In this document: piece after piece, positions 24,257 to 38,297 of the stretch
Numbering within the stretch: position 1 is the stretch's first letter
Layout of the letters: the number at the start of each line of letters is the position of its first letter
Assembly (NCBI GenBank): GCA_000165425.1
Contig: CT868130.1
Coordinates: forward strand, 496,001-560,000
DNA: 64,000 bases
Direction of reading: 5' to 3'
DNA from: Paramecium tetraurelia
Taxonomy: Eukaryota
Notes under the pieces: generated by a model
Told to the model about the DNA's origin: nothing
What the model saw: only the letters and a program-made list of their open reading frames with translations
Databases searched by the model: none
Program-made: the position numbers and the translations under genes

Positions 24257-26773
24257 TCATATTTCTAGTTAATCAAATCTGGAACAACTGACGATTTAAT
24301 TTGGTTGATTAGCCCAAGGTCTAAAAAATAATGAATATAAAATTACATTGTGTAAAGTACAACTTCATAGATGATTGATTTGGAATTAGCATCCAAATAT
24401 CTTAATTTGATATTATAGTTGATTCCAGCAACAATCTATTCTTTAATGCTTTAGATTGAATCAAATTAGAATCCTTCTTGTTCAGGTTAGAATTTCTTGT
24501 TGATTGCCAATCTAGCTTCTTCGATTATTTATGCATTAGAGCTAGCAAACTCTCTTTGGTTAACTTCTGACCATGAACCTGTAGCTGATTTCTTTGATCC
24601 TCTCAATTAATTAAATTATTGTCTATTTTCAGTAACTGTAAGATTGACATCTCTTGATGCTTATGATGAATTATATTGAGGATATCCATAATAATTCGTA
24701 TTTGTAGAGTTGTATTAGTTGAGAGTAGCATTAACGTTGGTTACTGTGGTATTATCATTGGTAACTTAAACAGAGTGAGCGTCAACAGAATCAAGGATAC
24801 TTGAACCATATTCACTTCCGTATTATGAGTGAGAATTACTATTAGACTTGTATCCATTAATGTTAGAAACATTGTAGATATAATCATTGTTAGACACTTC
24901 TGTTGAATCTATGTTTTTGTATTGACTAGAATAATCAGACTATGAGTAACTATACCAATCACTTTAATAATCATTTGAGCTACTATTTGTATTATATTAG
25001 AATTAAGTTTAGTTAACCAATGAGTAATTCTAAGAATATACACCATCTTGCGAAGAATCCCTATAATCAGTTGAGCTAGAATTTGATGAATATGATTATT
25101 TATTTCCGTTATAGTTTACACTTTCACTATAACCATTTGCTTATTAATGTGACTCCTAGTTATTTTCCTTTTCATATCCTGTTCCATTTGAGTATGCATA
25201 TTCATCGTTATATTCATATGATGAATCATTATTGGAATAGGATGAGCTAGAATTTGAATAATGTTAGTCAAAGTTTACATATCTTGAATAGTTATTTTAA
25301 TTTTCATATTGACTATTAGAATTTGAATAATTTTAGAACTCATTGCTTTGATTGTAATCATAATTGCTTGAATAAGAACTTTAGTATCCAAAAGTATTAT
25401 TATTATAAGAAACAGAAGCCACACTTGAATTCCTATTGTAGTTGACCTATCCAGTCGATTATTATCCCATATCGAAATATGATTAATTTTGTTATCCTTG
25501 TAAATCGTTATACTTATAGTAGGTTGCATTGAAGTTACCATTTCCATACACAATAGTTCCATAAATTTCTTTATTTTAGTGTTAATTTAGTGAACCTTAT
25601 TCTTTTTAAACATAAATTGAGAAATCATAATTGATGGATCTATAAACAATATTTCCATTAGTATCAAATTCTTAATTCAAGACAACTAAACTATTATTTT
25701 GATAAAAATAGTATTAATTACGAACTTGCTTTGTGCCAGTTGTAGCTTCATTGAAAAGAACTATTTTGTTGTATTATTGACTGGACTGGTTGTAATAAGA
25801 AATTATTTAAGTCAAGTTTGTAATACCATTTCTATTGAGGTTATCTCTTAATTTAAGATGAACTCTTGATTAATTAAATCTTTCTCTTACTCTTGATATA
25901 TCTGAATGATTATGATATGTTTAATTATTATAGGTCTAATTCTAATATGTTTAATCATCATTTGTATAATTATTGTTAGTATTATTATATGATGTTGAGT
26001 TATCATATGTATTATCAGTAGTGTTATAAGATGTATCATTATAATTGTAGTTTGTAATATTAGTATTAGTTGAAGTATCCAAAATTACTGATGAATTACT
26101 GGTGGAATTCTAAGTAATGTCCAAGTAACAACCTGTTGTAAATAATGAATAACCAGAGAAACAAGAGTAACAGCCTTAGGATGAACCACAAATGGCACAA
26201 TTAGCCATACAAGGTAAACAGTCATTGTTTTATAAGAAATATCCAACTGAACAGGTTAGGCTAGCAGAATTAGTGCTATTTGTAGAGCTTTGATTGTCAG
26301 AGGTCACATAATTATTGACACTAGTGTTTTAAACTGGATATGAAGTATTATAGTAATAATTATTTGAATATGTGGAATTTGTCTAATTTGTAGAATTTGA
26401 TCCATTACTCTGATTACTATATACATAAGAGCTGGTAGGCTAAGAATAATTAGTGTAAGTGTAGTTGTATGTTGAATTAGGGTAGGTATAATTGGAGCTG
26501 GAGGTGTTGTAGGTGTTCTAGGCCACTTTGATAAATTATATGGAATCTTTGATACGATCACCTAGATGGTTAATATGTCTTACTTTTATCTAAAACCTGA
26601 TTTAAATCTTGAAATCTCTCGAATGGTTTCTCGTTCCCTAAGAGTTTCTTTGCGATCAAAGATTTTTTTATTTCAGGACTTTGATTCAATATTTTTTGGA
26701 TATTATCTGGAATGACAACTATATCGTTGGCTGTTACCAGGAAGATAAGAGCGAAGAGGGTGAACAATTTCAT
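24257..26773 (-). CDS. Secreted ~822-aa N/S/Y/T-rich protein with one furin-like Cys repeat and a C-terminal cystatin domain
   Basis: Signal peptide MKLFTLFALIFLVTA; CSVGYFLQNNDCLPCMANCAICGSSQGCYSC; C-terminal TGSW...EQIVAGINYNIK...[intron]PW; two introns (22 and 26 nt) leave 823 codons. Confidence 0.8.
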
Positions 26774-27238
26774 TTATGATATTAAATTAATAATCTAAAA
26801 GGATCTAATTTTATGATTTAAATATGCTAAAATATATATATATATATTATAATTATATTCATAGATTAATTATTATAAAGATTTTTCTGGAACTGATAAA
26901 TTAATTAAGTTTAATGACATATTCATTTGTATTTCTTTCAAATTTAAACATTATAATTAAACATTTCCATTTCTAATCTTTTTATATTACTCATATCTGT
27001 TGAAATCTTATGAAAATGAAATTTTCTATTTTCTATTTAATTTTCTTTTGGAAGTAAATTCTGATAAGGATTTAATAAAGTATTAAAATAAATCATGTAA
27101 TTTTGATAGTAGTGTTGTAAGCAATGAGCTCATCATTTTGATTTAATTGATCATTGAGAAAATAGTATGAAACATTAAAGCTTAGTCTTTAATTTGACAA
27201 AAAGCAGGAAATTAATTAAAGATATTATTCTAATAAAA

Positions 27239-28098
27239 ATGAAAGTTTAAATCGCATTAGTTCTTTTACTTGCTTTGGTAAGCGCTTAGACAGGAGGATG
27301 GAAGAAAGTATTAATGAATATTATGATAGTAAAACACTACAATCTTCTAAGCAGCAAACTCTAATATCCTCAATGAGGCTTAGATCGCAGTTTAAAACAA
27401 ATATTCACCAGAAGAACAAGGCTATGAATTTGAATCAGTTGTTTCCGTTGAAACACAGATCGTCTCTGGAACAAATTACAATATAGTGTTGTAATATGGA
27501 AATGATGAGGGAGAAATCTAATAATACGATGTTATTGTTTATTCAGCGTATTTATGATTATTATAGAAAGCCCATGGAATGGATAAGATCAAATCACTAA
27601 ATGTGAATTAATAAATGGATAATCAGCTTCATTCGCATAAACTCAACCCAGCAGAACTCAAATTGGAGGATCACCTCAAGTTACAGTAACCAAACCAAGT
27701 TCATTGAGATTGAAAGTCAGAAGATAAGAAAACGTTGATAGTCATCCTACCGGAACATGGGAAAATGTAACACTATTAAATTATATTATATTAGGTTAAT
27801 CCAGAAGTCTTTGAACAAAGCAATGACAGCATTATCAATTAAGCCAACATTGTTGTTGCCCAATAATACAACCCATAATAATAGGGATACGAATTCGACG
27901 AAGTGTTGGAGGTCTAAACTCAAATGGTGTCTGGAACCAACTACAATATTAAATTGTTATATACAAATGGAGAAGGCTCATATTAGACCTATGATGTCTA
28001 CCTCTACATCTGGTAATTATTTTATATTTATGTCAAGCCCTTGGAACCCTTCAGCAAATTAATAAAAGGCTACCTTAACAGGAACCTATTCAGTCTGA
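27239..28098 (+). CDS. Secreted two-domain cystatin (cysteine protease inhibitor)
   Basis: Signal peptide, then TGGW...QIVSGTNY...PW and TGTW...QMVSGTNY...PW; four introns (22, 23, 28, 25 nt) leave 254 codons. Confidence 0.88.
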
Positions 28099-28157
28099 TT
28101 TATTCATCATTCAATAAAATAAAATTATAATATTGTGTTGTTATATGAACTGCTAAT

Positions 28158-31100
28158 TCACTGTCCTCCTTGTTACACTTTAAAGAAGGCATCCTAGAAC
28201 TCCTACTCAGAAACATTCGGTATTTGTTCCCAATTAGATACGGAAGCCCCACTGTTGACTCTATAGGGATTGAATTTGATAGGCAAGTTATTGAATAATT
28301 TCGGTACAACATGAATAAAGGCTAGCTTTTTCAATAAGAGGGCTACTATAACAATAGCAACTCCTCCAGCAATAGTACCAACTGCAATAGGGACTGCTTG
28401 TGTTGCAGTTGTCGAGTTTTAAACACAGGTCTGATCGACCTCTAAACTATACCCTGATGAACAAGCTGTACAAGTATCATATGAAGTGCAGGTTTAACAA
28501 TTCTCAACTCCACAAGCTATGATAATTTAAATTAATTTTACCATAGCATATTTTATCCTCAATACTATAAAATTGACCCTCATCACAATTATTTACATAG
28601 CCCTCATCTTCTCCTTATCCACTATCATCGCAGACTGAACAATAGGCAGAATTGGCACTTTGACACTACGGACAATTGGATGGACAAGCAGAACATTAGG
28701 AGTTTTTTAAGCAAGATCCAGCTTAGCATTATGAACATTAAGAAGCAGTACAAACTAAACAATCAGATGTACAAGCAACACATTACTTATTTTCTAATCT
28801 GTAACTTTAAGCACACGAAGTACATTCATCTTTTGTGCATGTAACACAATTTGAAGCACAATTAACACATTTGTCTCCATCAAGATAATAATTGTTATTA
28901 CATTGTTGACAAGAAGTCTCACTTGTGCATTCCTTACAAGATTGATTGCATTATGTACATTGTTGCGATTGAAGATAATAACCAATTTTGCATTAAAAAC
29001 ACTCAGAACTTGAACATGACTCGCAATTATCTTTGCATTTAACACAATTGGTTTGATCTACATAATATTAGGGTTTGCATTCAAGACAAGTTGTAGCATC
29101 ACAAGATACGCAATTTGCATTACACTACTAACAATTTTTCTCTTTGGCATAATAACCAGTCTTGCAAGACGAACACTCTTGTGCTGTACAACTCAAGCAA
29201 TTTGAATTACAAGACACACACTATTTTGAGGTCGGATCCAAATAATACACACTATCACATTGCTGACATTCTTATTGCGTACATTTTGTGCATCCAGTTT
29301 AACACAATATACAAATATTTTAATAAACTTGATATGGACTTACACATTAATTGCAAGTGGTTGATGTACAAGATAAACAATTGGTTTAACATTTTTCACA
29401 TAAGTACCCATTAATGTAATATCCAGTTTGACAACTTGAACATTTTTCTGAAGTGCATGATAGACAATTATCCATGCATGGTGAACATACAGAATTTACT
29501 TCATCATAGAAAAATCCTGTTTTGCATGATTCACAACTTGTTTCTGAGGAGCATTTCTAACAATTTTGCATACATTGTGGACAATTTTATCCATTTATAT
29601 AATATCCAGTTTAGCATTAATTGCATTATGATGAAGTGCATTATACACAGAAATCTTAACATTTCACACAGTTTTAACCTTCTGGGTAATAGCTTCCTTT
29701 GCATTCAAAACAATTTAGATTTGAGCATGACTTACAATTAGCGTTACAAGCAATACAAGATTAGCCATCTGCATAATAACCATCATCACATTTTGTACAT
29801 CCACTGTTGTAACACTCCTAACAATGACTGTCACATGAAATGCAAGTATAATCACTTTTATAATAGGTGTGTCCATCCTAAACGCAAGTTGTACATTTAC
29901 TAGCAGATTCACATTAAGCACACTTTGAATTACATTATATGCAATTTGTACCATCGAAATAATAACCATCTACGCAAGATGTACATTAGGTGCTACTTGT
30001 ACATTTTAAACAAGGAGAGTTACATACTGCACAATTCTTATCATCAGTTAAGTACTAGAATTAAGTACATGATGTGCATGTTATTGAATTTTGACAGGTT
30101 ACACATTATGAATTGCAATTATAACAGATTTTATCTGTAGTATCGAGATATTAGTTACTCGAACAACTTGTACAATTTGTAGATGAAGCATAACAATTAA
30201 CACATTAACGATCGCATTCCTTACATTTATCTGAAGATACTAGATCATCCCAATCATAATATTTATGAGTTCCACAAGTACATGTTGGACATTCTGTACA
30301 CAAATCAGGACCTGTTAGAATATATCCATAATCACAAGCTAAACACTCTCCAGATGATATTTAACAATTTCTACAATGATTTGTTTGGCATTTTGGACAT
30401 ACTTTATTGATGGCAAGATAGTATCCACTAATACATGACGTACATGCATCTTCTGTTGATTTACAAGTCTTGCAAGGTGCTTTGCATATTAGACAATCAC
30501 TTGTTCCTTAATAATATCCAACATTGCATTCATCACATTAAATATAAGATGATTATTTGACACATGAACCTTTGCATTTAACTGGACATTTTATGCATGA
30601 ATTACCATCTAAAAAATACCCGAAAATGCACTTTGTACATACATTATTATAAACGCATGTTTAGCAATTAGTAAAACAAGGTAAACATTATTTAATAGAT
30701 AAATAATATCCTTCAATGCAACTTTTGCAGTCACTTAGACTTTCTGAATTGCAACCAAAACATGGACTTGTACATTACTAGCATGTTGCATCTGACTTCA
30801 AGAATTCGTTTGTTCCACAACTTGTGCATTGATTAGGTTTTACACTACATGATCGACAAAACTAACTACATTTTTCACATTTTTATTCACTCTCAATAAA
30901 AAAATATCCGGATTTACAAGATTAACAGGTAATGGCAGAAGTACTACATAACAAACAACCAGCTTCACAATATTAGCAAGTGTCATTAGTATCTAAGTAG
31001 TAATTAGGATTGCAAGATGTGCACTTATTAGAAGTGTTTAAACATGTTCTGCAATTAAAATCACAAAATTAGCATTGTCCTGAATCAGCATATGTTCCTG

Positions 31101-34100
31101 GTAAACAAGTATCACATACAGTGTCACTTAAACATTTCTAACAATTAATTATTGTACAAGATTTCAAAAGACATCTTGTATTCGAATCCAAGTAATAACC
31201 ATCTTAACATACTTTACAATCTGAAGCATTAGTACAAATAGCACATTAATCAACATCACATTTCTAGCATTTCTTTAAAGCAGTTAGATAATATCCAGCT
31301 TAGCAATAATCACAACTTGATTCAGATGTACAGTGGTAGCAATTATCAACACAACAGCTCTCACATTCATTATTCACTAATTTATATCCAGTAGAGCAAC
31401 TAGAACAATTATCTTCATTAGAACAAATTAAGCATCCTTCTTAACAGGTTTTACATTCATTATCTTCAAGATAATAACCATCTAAACATGAAAGACAATT
31501 AGTTTCTTGATTTAAACATGTTTTACAAGGATATGCACATTATTTGCACTAATGAATTGCATCTAAAAAGTAGCTAACTCCACAGGTTTTACATTAGTTC
31601 AGTTCTAAGCCATAGCATGTTTGACAACTGCTATTACAAGGTTAGCATTCATCTGTTTTTTTCACTTGCACCTTGCCAACATCACATGTTTGAGTTTGCT
31701 ATTCGCAAGTATTATTTGAATTTAATATATAACCATCATTGCAAATAGAACATGAAGTTGCACTCGAACACACCCTACATTATGTAAGGGTGCATTAATA
31801 ACAAGCATGATTGGATAGATAATATCCTAAAATACAATCCTCACAATAAGTTGTTGTAGTTGAACAATTTAAACAAGGTTCCTAACACTTTTGACAAGTA
31901 CTTGAAGACTTGAAATAAGTGGAAGAACAAGTATTGCAGACAATCGACCTTGATTGAAATGTGCAGTCATTTGAACATTGAATAGGACAAGGTAAACATT
32001 TAGCAACATTTAAATAGTACCCACTTACACAACCTGTACAAGTAACTCTATTTGTACAAAGTTAACACTAAAAATTGCATTATTAACAAGTCAAATTGTC
32101 TAAAAAATAACCAGATGAGCATTCTAAACAACGATCACCATAAACAGAACATTCCTTACATCCTTGTGAACAAGTTTAACATTTATTATCAACAACCAAA
32201 TAATTTTATTTCTCACAAGATAAGCATTCAGTGCTAGAACTCTAACACATGTCACAGGGACTGGTACATTTGATGCATTTATTATTTATTAATGTATAAG
32301 AGGAACTACATGAAGCACAGTTATCAGATTAATCAAAACAAGTTGTACAATTATCTGCACATTTGAGACATTGTTCGCTTTTTAAATAATACCCAGGTAT
32401 GCATTAAGTACATTGAGAACTATTTAAGCATTTTGAACATACAGTTTAGCATTTATTACAATAACCAATAATGTTGTAATACCCATCAATACATGATTAG
32501 CAATTATCGCTTGCTGTACAAGTTGTGCAAATTGAAGGACAATTTATACATTACCCTGAATTGTTATTATATTTTCCCTTAATGCAAGTATTACAATAGT
32601 TTTCAGCTGAGCATTTTACACAACCATAATTACACAAAATGCAATTGTTATTTTAAAAAAAATATCCATCTATGCAATCAGAACATTAATCGATTGATGT
32701 ACAATTTAAGCAAGGAGCATAACATACTCCGCAATAAAAAGATTTATCTACGTAATAAGTGGCTGGGCATTAGGTGCAAACATCTTTAGATGTACAAGCA
32801 ATACATATATCTTCGCATTTGAAACATTATGAATTTTCTTAGTAATATCCCTCATCGCATTTTATATTTGGAGAGTTACAAGGAGGCAGTGTACCATCAG
32901 GACAAGTTACGCAAACACCATTTGCACATGTTATACAATCTAAGCCTTTACAGGGTTCATAGCATTGGGATTAATCCGTTGTCTCATATTTACACAAACA
33001 ATTTCCATTTTAATTTTATCTATTTAATTAACAGCTTCTGCATTATTGTACATTTTGATAAAAGTAACAATCATCACAATATTTCTGACATCCATTTATT
33101 AAATTCATTAGACCATCCATCAATTTTTCACATTCTTAATCACTTAAAAAAGTAGATTTTGCATATCCAATATAAAAAAAATACATAATCTAATATATAG
33201 AGTAGTCTTCAGCTAGAAATCTTCTTCTTGTAACAGACCCTGTAACTTCCTCTTAAGTTAATATCACTTAAATATAAACAGCTTAATCCTTATAAAATTG
33301 AAACATTCCTGCATTCCATTACTTTTCCAAAACTCGACTAGTGTAGTAATATGAGGTTTATGAGACTGAAATAGTTAAACCAAACTTCCAAAGCACACTT
33401 TGTGTCTCTTTTGGTTAGATATATCCTACTGCAAAAACATTTTGATCCAATTATTAATAGTACTAACCAACAGGAATGTCACTTTTAAAGAAAAATTTCT
33501 TCTAATTTTATTCTAAATCAAATTAATATTTTGTGAATTAATTCGATGCAGTATCTTATAAATAAGAAGCCTTAATTAGAGTAGTCAATTCATTAATAAC
33601 ACTATTATTACTTTCGAAAAGCTTTGTGACAGTCTACCAATATTGATGAGATGTATCAGTCTTGAATTTAAATGTCAACAATCTCTTATCCCAAGTATCA
33701 ACTTCGCATGCATATTAATATGTAACTGCTTAATAACCAGATTTGCAAACACAATCACCATTTACTAATTATCGAAATGTGATATTTTCATCACCGCAAC
33801 TTAAACAATAATTTCTTTTTGAAATATCACATGTAATACAATTTTCAGAACACTCTAAACTTCATTTCATATTCTATACATAAACATTAAGACGATTTTA
33901 AGGGTGTTATTTCCACAAACCCATCTTTGCAAACACAATTTCCATCTTATAATTTTCTTGTGGTCAAATAACAAGTGAGACATTTATTTCCATCATTTAA
34001 ATCACAAGTTAAACAAGTCAAATCACCTTAATAATAATGAAATATAGTACAATCTATTGCAAAACTGTCTTTTACATTAAGAAAGCACATTAGTAATAGT

Positions 34101-34108
34101 AAAATCAT
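28158..34108 (-). CDS. Giant furin-like/growth-factor-receptor Cys-rich repeat type I membrane protein (~1950 aa)
   Basis: Signal peptide MILLLLMCFLNVKDSFA; dozens of CxxC...CxxC..GYY units; TM AVPIAVGTIAGGVAIVIVALLL followed by a short cytoplasmic tail; TGA 28158-28160. Confidence 0.88.
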
Positions 34109-34422
34109 ATTTTTCTTATTAATTATAATTTAAAATAAATATAAATATTAATTTATTCTATCTGCCTATTTGCATTGAATATTATATTGAGAATCATTAA
34201 TGTAGTGTTGAATAAACTAAGATAAAATTAATAATTAACTAGCTTATAAAAGTTATTTAACTAAATACTTCTAATCTTCAAATCAGATACTTTGTAAATT
34301 TTACTTATATTTACTCATATAATCACATAATTATACAAATATTAATTTATTCTCATGATATGATTAATTTAATGTTAAATCAAAATCATTTAAAATCATG
34401 CCAATATAATTTAAATAATTTA

Positions 34423-35232
34423 ATGATAACAATAATCTATATCTTATTGATAATGGATTTGTCATTTGCAGCTATTTCAACAAGTGCTTTCTGTGAATGC
34501 TCAGAATTTTAAACCTCAATTGAATGTGCTTAATAATAAAATTGTAAATGGTCAACATCTTGCATGGATAAAATATGTAGCGACTTCATAGAAGAATCGG
34601 AATGCGATAGAGCCTCTGATTGTGCTTGGAATGACACTTAAAAAAAATGTGCATAATTCACTTCTTGCTCTAATTATAAGGTAAAACAGGCCTCTTCATG
34701 TTAATTGAAAGATGCAACTTGCATCGCTGAAGATGCAAATCCTGATGGATCATATATATGCTAAATAGGTAAAATTATATGCAGCTAGATCAGCGACTAA
34801 AAGCTTTGTAATTCTGGTCTGTATCAAAGTTAATACGAAACATGTACTTACTCATCTTCTTCATGTCAATCGATGGATATTTCTAAATGCTCTACAATAA
34901 CTGAGTAATTTCTCTGCACTTCTTTAAAGTGCTCTTGGTCGGTTACTAATTTAAAGTGCTTGGAAGGAACATGTTCAAGTTACTCATCTCCTGATATGTG
35001 CTCCTATGTAAGTGCCGAATCAATTGGAACAAAAATCCTTTGCACGTGGCTGGATAACTCTTGTGTTGAGGCAAGTGATGTATTAGCTCTAACATCCTCT
35101 AATTGTTATATTAATACAGGAGGATCATACGCTTGGATTTATGGTAAATGCAAGGAATGCCAGAGTACCAAATTTGGAGTTATAGTTGCCTTAAATGCAA
35201 TATTTTCTGTCCTTTTAGCTTTCATGCTTTGA
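34423..35232 (+). CDS. Cys-rich mini surface antigen, probably GPI-anchored (269 aa)
   Basis: Signal peptide; FCECSEFQTSIEC..CKW; terminal CKEC..FGVIVALNAIFSVLLAFML*; 810 nt in frame. Confidence 0.85.
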
Positions 35233-36494
35233 TTTTATTGCTTTCTTATTAAAGTATAGAAAAGGTATTTTATAGAATATTCGATATAATTTCTATTTAT
35301 TTCTATATTTGCTTTATTTTTAGCAGATCTTCTCATATTTCATTATAAAATATAGTGAATTCATTTTATAAAACAAGGGAATGCTTCATTTTCTTTGAAT
35401 TATCAAAATATTGATGATATATTAGATATAAATGTCCTCTACTTTTATATTGGCTTAGTGAAAAATTAAATTAAATTTCATTATTAACTTAAATTTCAGT
35501 TTATAATTTACTAAATAACAAGATTTAATTTCAACATTAACACTCTTTCTTCATGGTAATTAAATTAGAATAACTCAAAGAATCTACTAATAAGTCTAGT
35601 TATTTATTTGATTTAGCCAATTTTGCAAGCCAATCATAGTAAATTTAAATTTTATCTATTCAAATGGTTTTTTCAATTTATACACCCTTTTATTCCTGAA
35701 AATCTATCTTAAATTATTTTTGATGTAAATTTCGCTTATTTTTAGTCTATATTCAATAATGGTTCTTAATTTAGAATTCTATTTCTCTTTACTTTTTAAA
35801 TTTAATTTCAACATCATTAAATACAATTGTTCTAATTATATCTTAGTCTCCTGCTCTTTTAAAGCTCATATTTAATTTTATTAATTGGTTTTCTACTATA
35901 ATCTCTGATAATATTAAAATATGATTATCATCATCCTAAAGCTATCCTAAGTGAATCAGAATTACTTTTTTTTAAATATTGAGTTTTTTTATTGGCTTCA
36001 ATTACTTAAAGTTTGGAAATTTATAGATTCGATGGATTTAACAAATAAAAAATATTCTTGAATATATATTATTTTCAGAAAAGACTAATCGATTTATTAA
36101 TCATTTTTCATTAAAATCAGAAATTCTCATCATTAGATAATTTAATTAAGTTGAGTTTATATTTTTGAAATAATTTATAATTTATTTATTATGGGAATTT
36201 TAATTATAGCAAGAATGCCTTCTAAATTATAAATTCCTTCTGATAATCGAGGGTCTGATATTGGTAAGTATGATATGAAGATAGTAGAGTTATTTTAAGT
36301 ATTAGAATATTATATATTTAAATTCAAAGCTATAACTAAATTTATAGAGAGGAGAGATGGGTATAAAAAATAAATTTAAGAAATCTTTGCTGTCTGATAG
36401 GCAATTTAATTGTTGGATATTTATTAATAAATTTTATCAAATACGTTAAAAAACACTAATCTCTTATCTTTTAATTAATTTTTTTATTTGTTTA

Positions 36495-37759
36495 ATGAGA
36501 GGTACTCACCAATTAATAACTCAATTTGAACTCAATGGATATACTCTGCCTTTGATGGAAAAGAACATGTGCATTACTTTTTTAAAAGATCTACTCTAAC
36601 AAAATCCAATTGATATGGACTTTATTCTTGCTAATACTTAGCCATCTCACCAAGAACTGAAATTGCTAACCTTAAAATCAAATATTCTGTAATTAATAAA
36701 GGAGGATAAAGATCCATCTATTTCATCGCCCAGATTTGACTATGCCTAATTAGAAAGCATAATCCCTAAGAAGAATAGAAATAAAATAAATGAAATTAAA
36801 ACAAAAGTTGAAACTCTTTTAAATAGTAATAATATCGACCCTCCTTTGACTATAAAGAAGAGGTATAAATGATATTAATTAGATAGATGGTGGACAGAAG
36901 AAGAAGATTAATAACTGAAAGAATTAGTCACATAACATGGTGCCAAAAATTGGAAGAAAATAGCTTCCTATTTTGAAGATAGAACAGATGTCTAATGTTT
37001 ACATAGATGGTAAAAAGTTCTGAATCCCGATCTTGTGAAAGGTCCTTGGACTTAAGAAGAAGATGATCTCTTAGTTAAATTAGTAACAAATTGTGGGCCT
37101 AAGAATTGGAGTCAAATTGCTAAACATTTGCCTGGCAGGATTGGCAAGCAATGTAGAGAGAGGTATTGAATTTAGAAATGATGAAGATTTCATAATCATT
37201 TAGATCCAAAAATAAATAAAGAGAGATGGACAGATGAAGAAGATCAAACCATAATTGAGGCTCATAAGAAACTGGGAAACCGCTGGTCATTGATAGCAGG
37301 CCTATTGAAAGGAAGAACTGACAATTCAATTAAAAATCATTGGAATAGCACTTTAAAAAGAAGATTGAAAATGTAAAATAGATGGGAAGATCTCTAAGTA
37401 GTACCTAGATAGGATGAGACTCAAATTAAAGGAGTTCCAAGAAGACAAGTCTAGAGGAAAGTTATGTATTATAAAACTCCTGAAAAATTGGTTAAAAGAG
37501 ATCCAGTTTCAAGATAATTAAATTTCCTAACTCCATACTCCAATAGCACACCAAGTAATTATCATCATAGATAGATTTAGAATCTGAGGCTACTCCTAAA
37601 AATCTAAGTATTGTATATCCAAATTTATCTGCCTAAGATTCAGAGATGATGTAAAATTATTAATATTCTCTTAGAGATTCATGTTACATTTTATTCAAAT
37701 AATTAAGTGAATTAACAAATGTGGATCTTGATTTCAATAAATATTATAGTTACAAATGA
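36495..37759 (+). CDS. Three-repeat (R1R2R3) Myb transcription factor
   Basis: WTEEED..., [59 protein letters not shown]. Confidence 0.92.
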
Positions 37760-38297
37760 TATATTTTATTTAAAATACAATTTCTCACACTCAATCTATG
37801 AAAGATCTTTCTATTATTAAATTCTTTTTTGTTTATAGGTAATTAATATTTTTGATCAGCAAATGGTTTCTAAAATATAAGTGTTACTGCAATTTAGAGT
37901 CTTTAACCTTTAATATAATATTTACTATAATGTTTAAAACTATAAAAAATTTAGGTGATCTAATTGAACTCCAAAATAATAGATTAAATGAAATGCAATA
38001 TTTCACAGGATTATTAAAGATTTAAAAAATAAATCTGTCAATACTTAATTTTGTTGAATAAAAATCTAATTATTAAAAAATGAAAAAAAGTTTAAATTTT
38101 TAATTGTTCAGTTAAATGCTGCTTATTTAATGAGAATATATAGCGTATTTAATGAGAATCAAAGAATTACTATTCTTTTTAATAGATTAGTTCGAATTTC
38201 ACAAACAAATTTAATTTTATTAGTAATTTCAGTTTATTTGCATTATATACATATTCTTATTAATCTATTTCAATATGCAATAAACGTAATTAAATAT

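Noticed and set aside
28794..33155. His/Asn-rich ORFs on both strands
   Set aside because: They are off-frame or antisense readings of the Cys-rich furin-like repeat gene.
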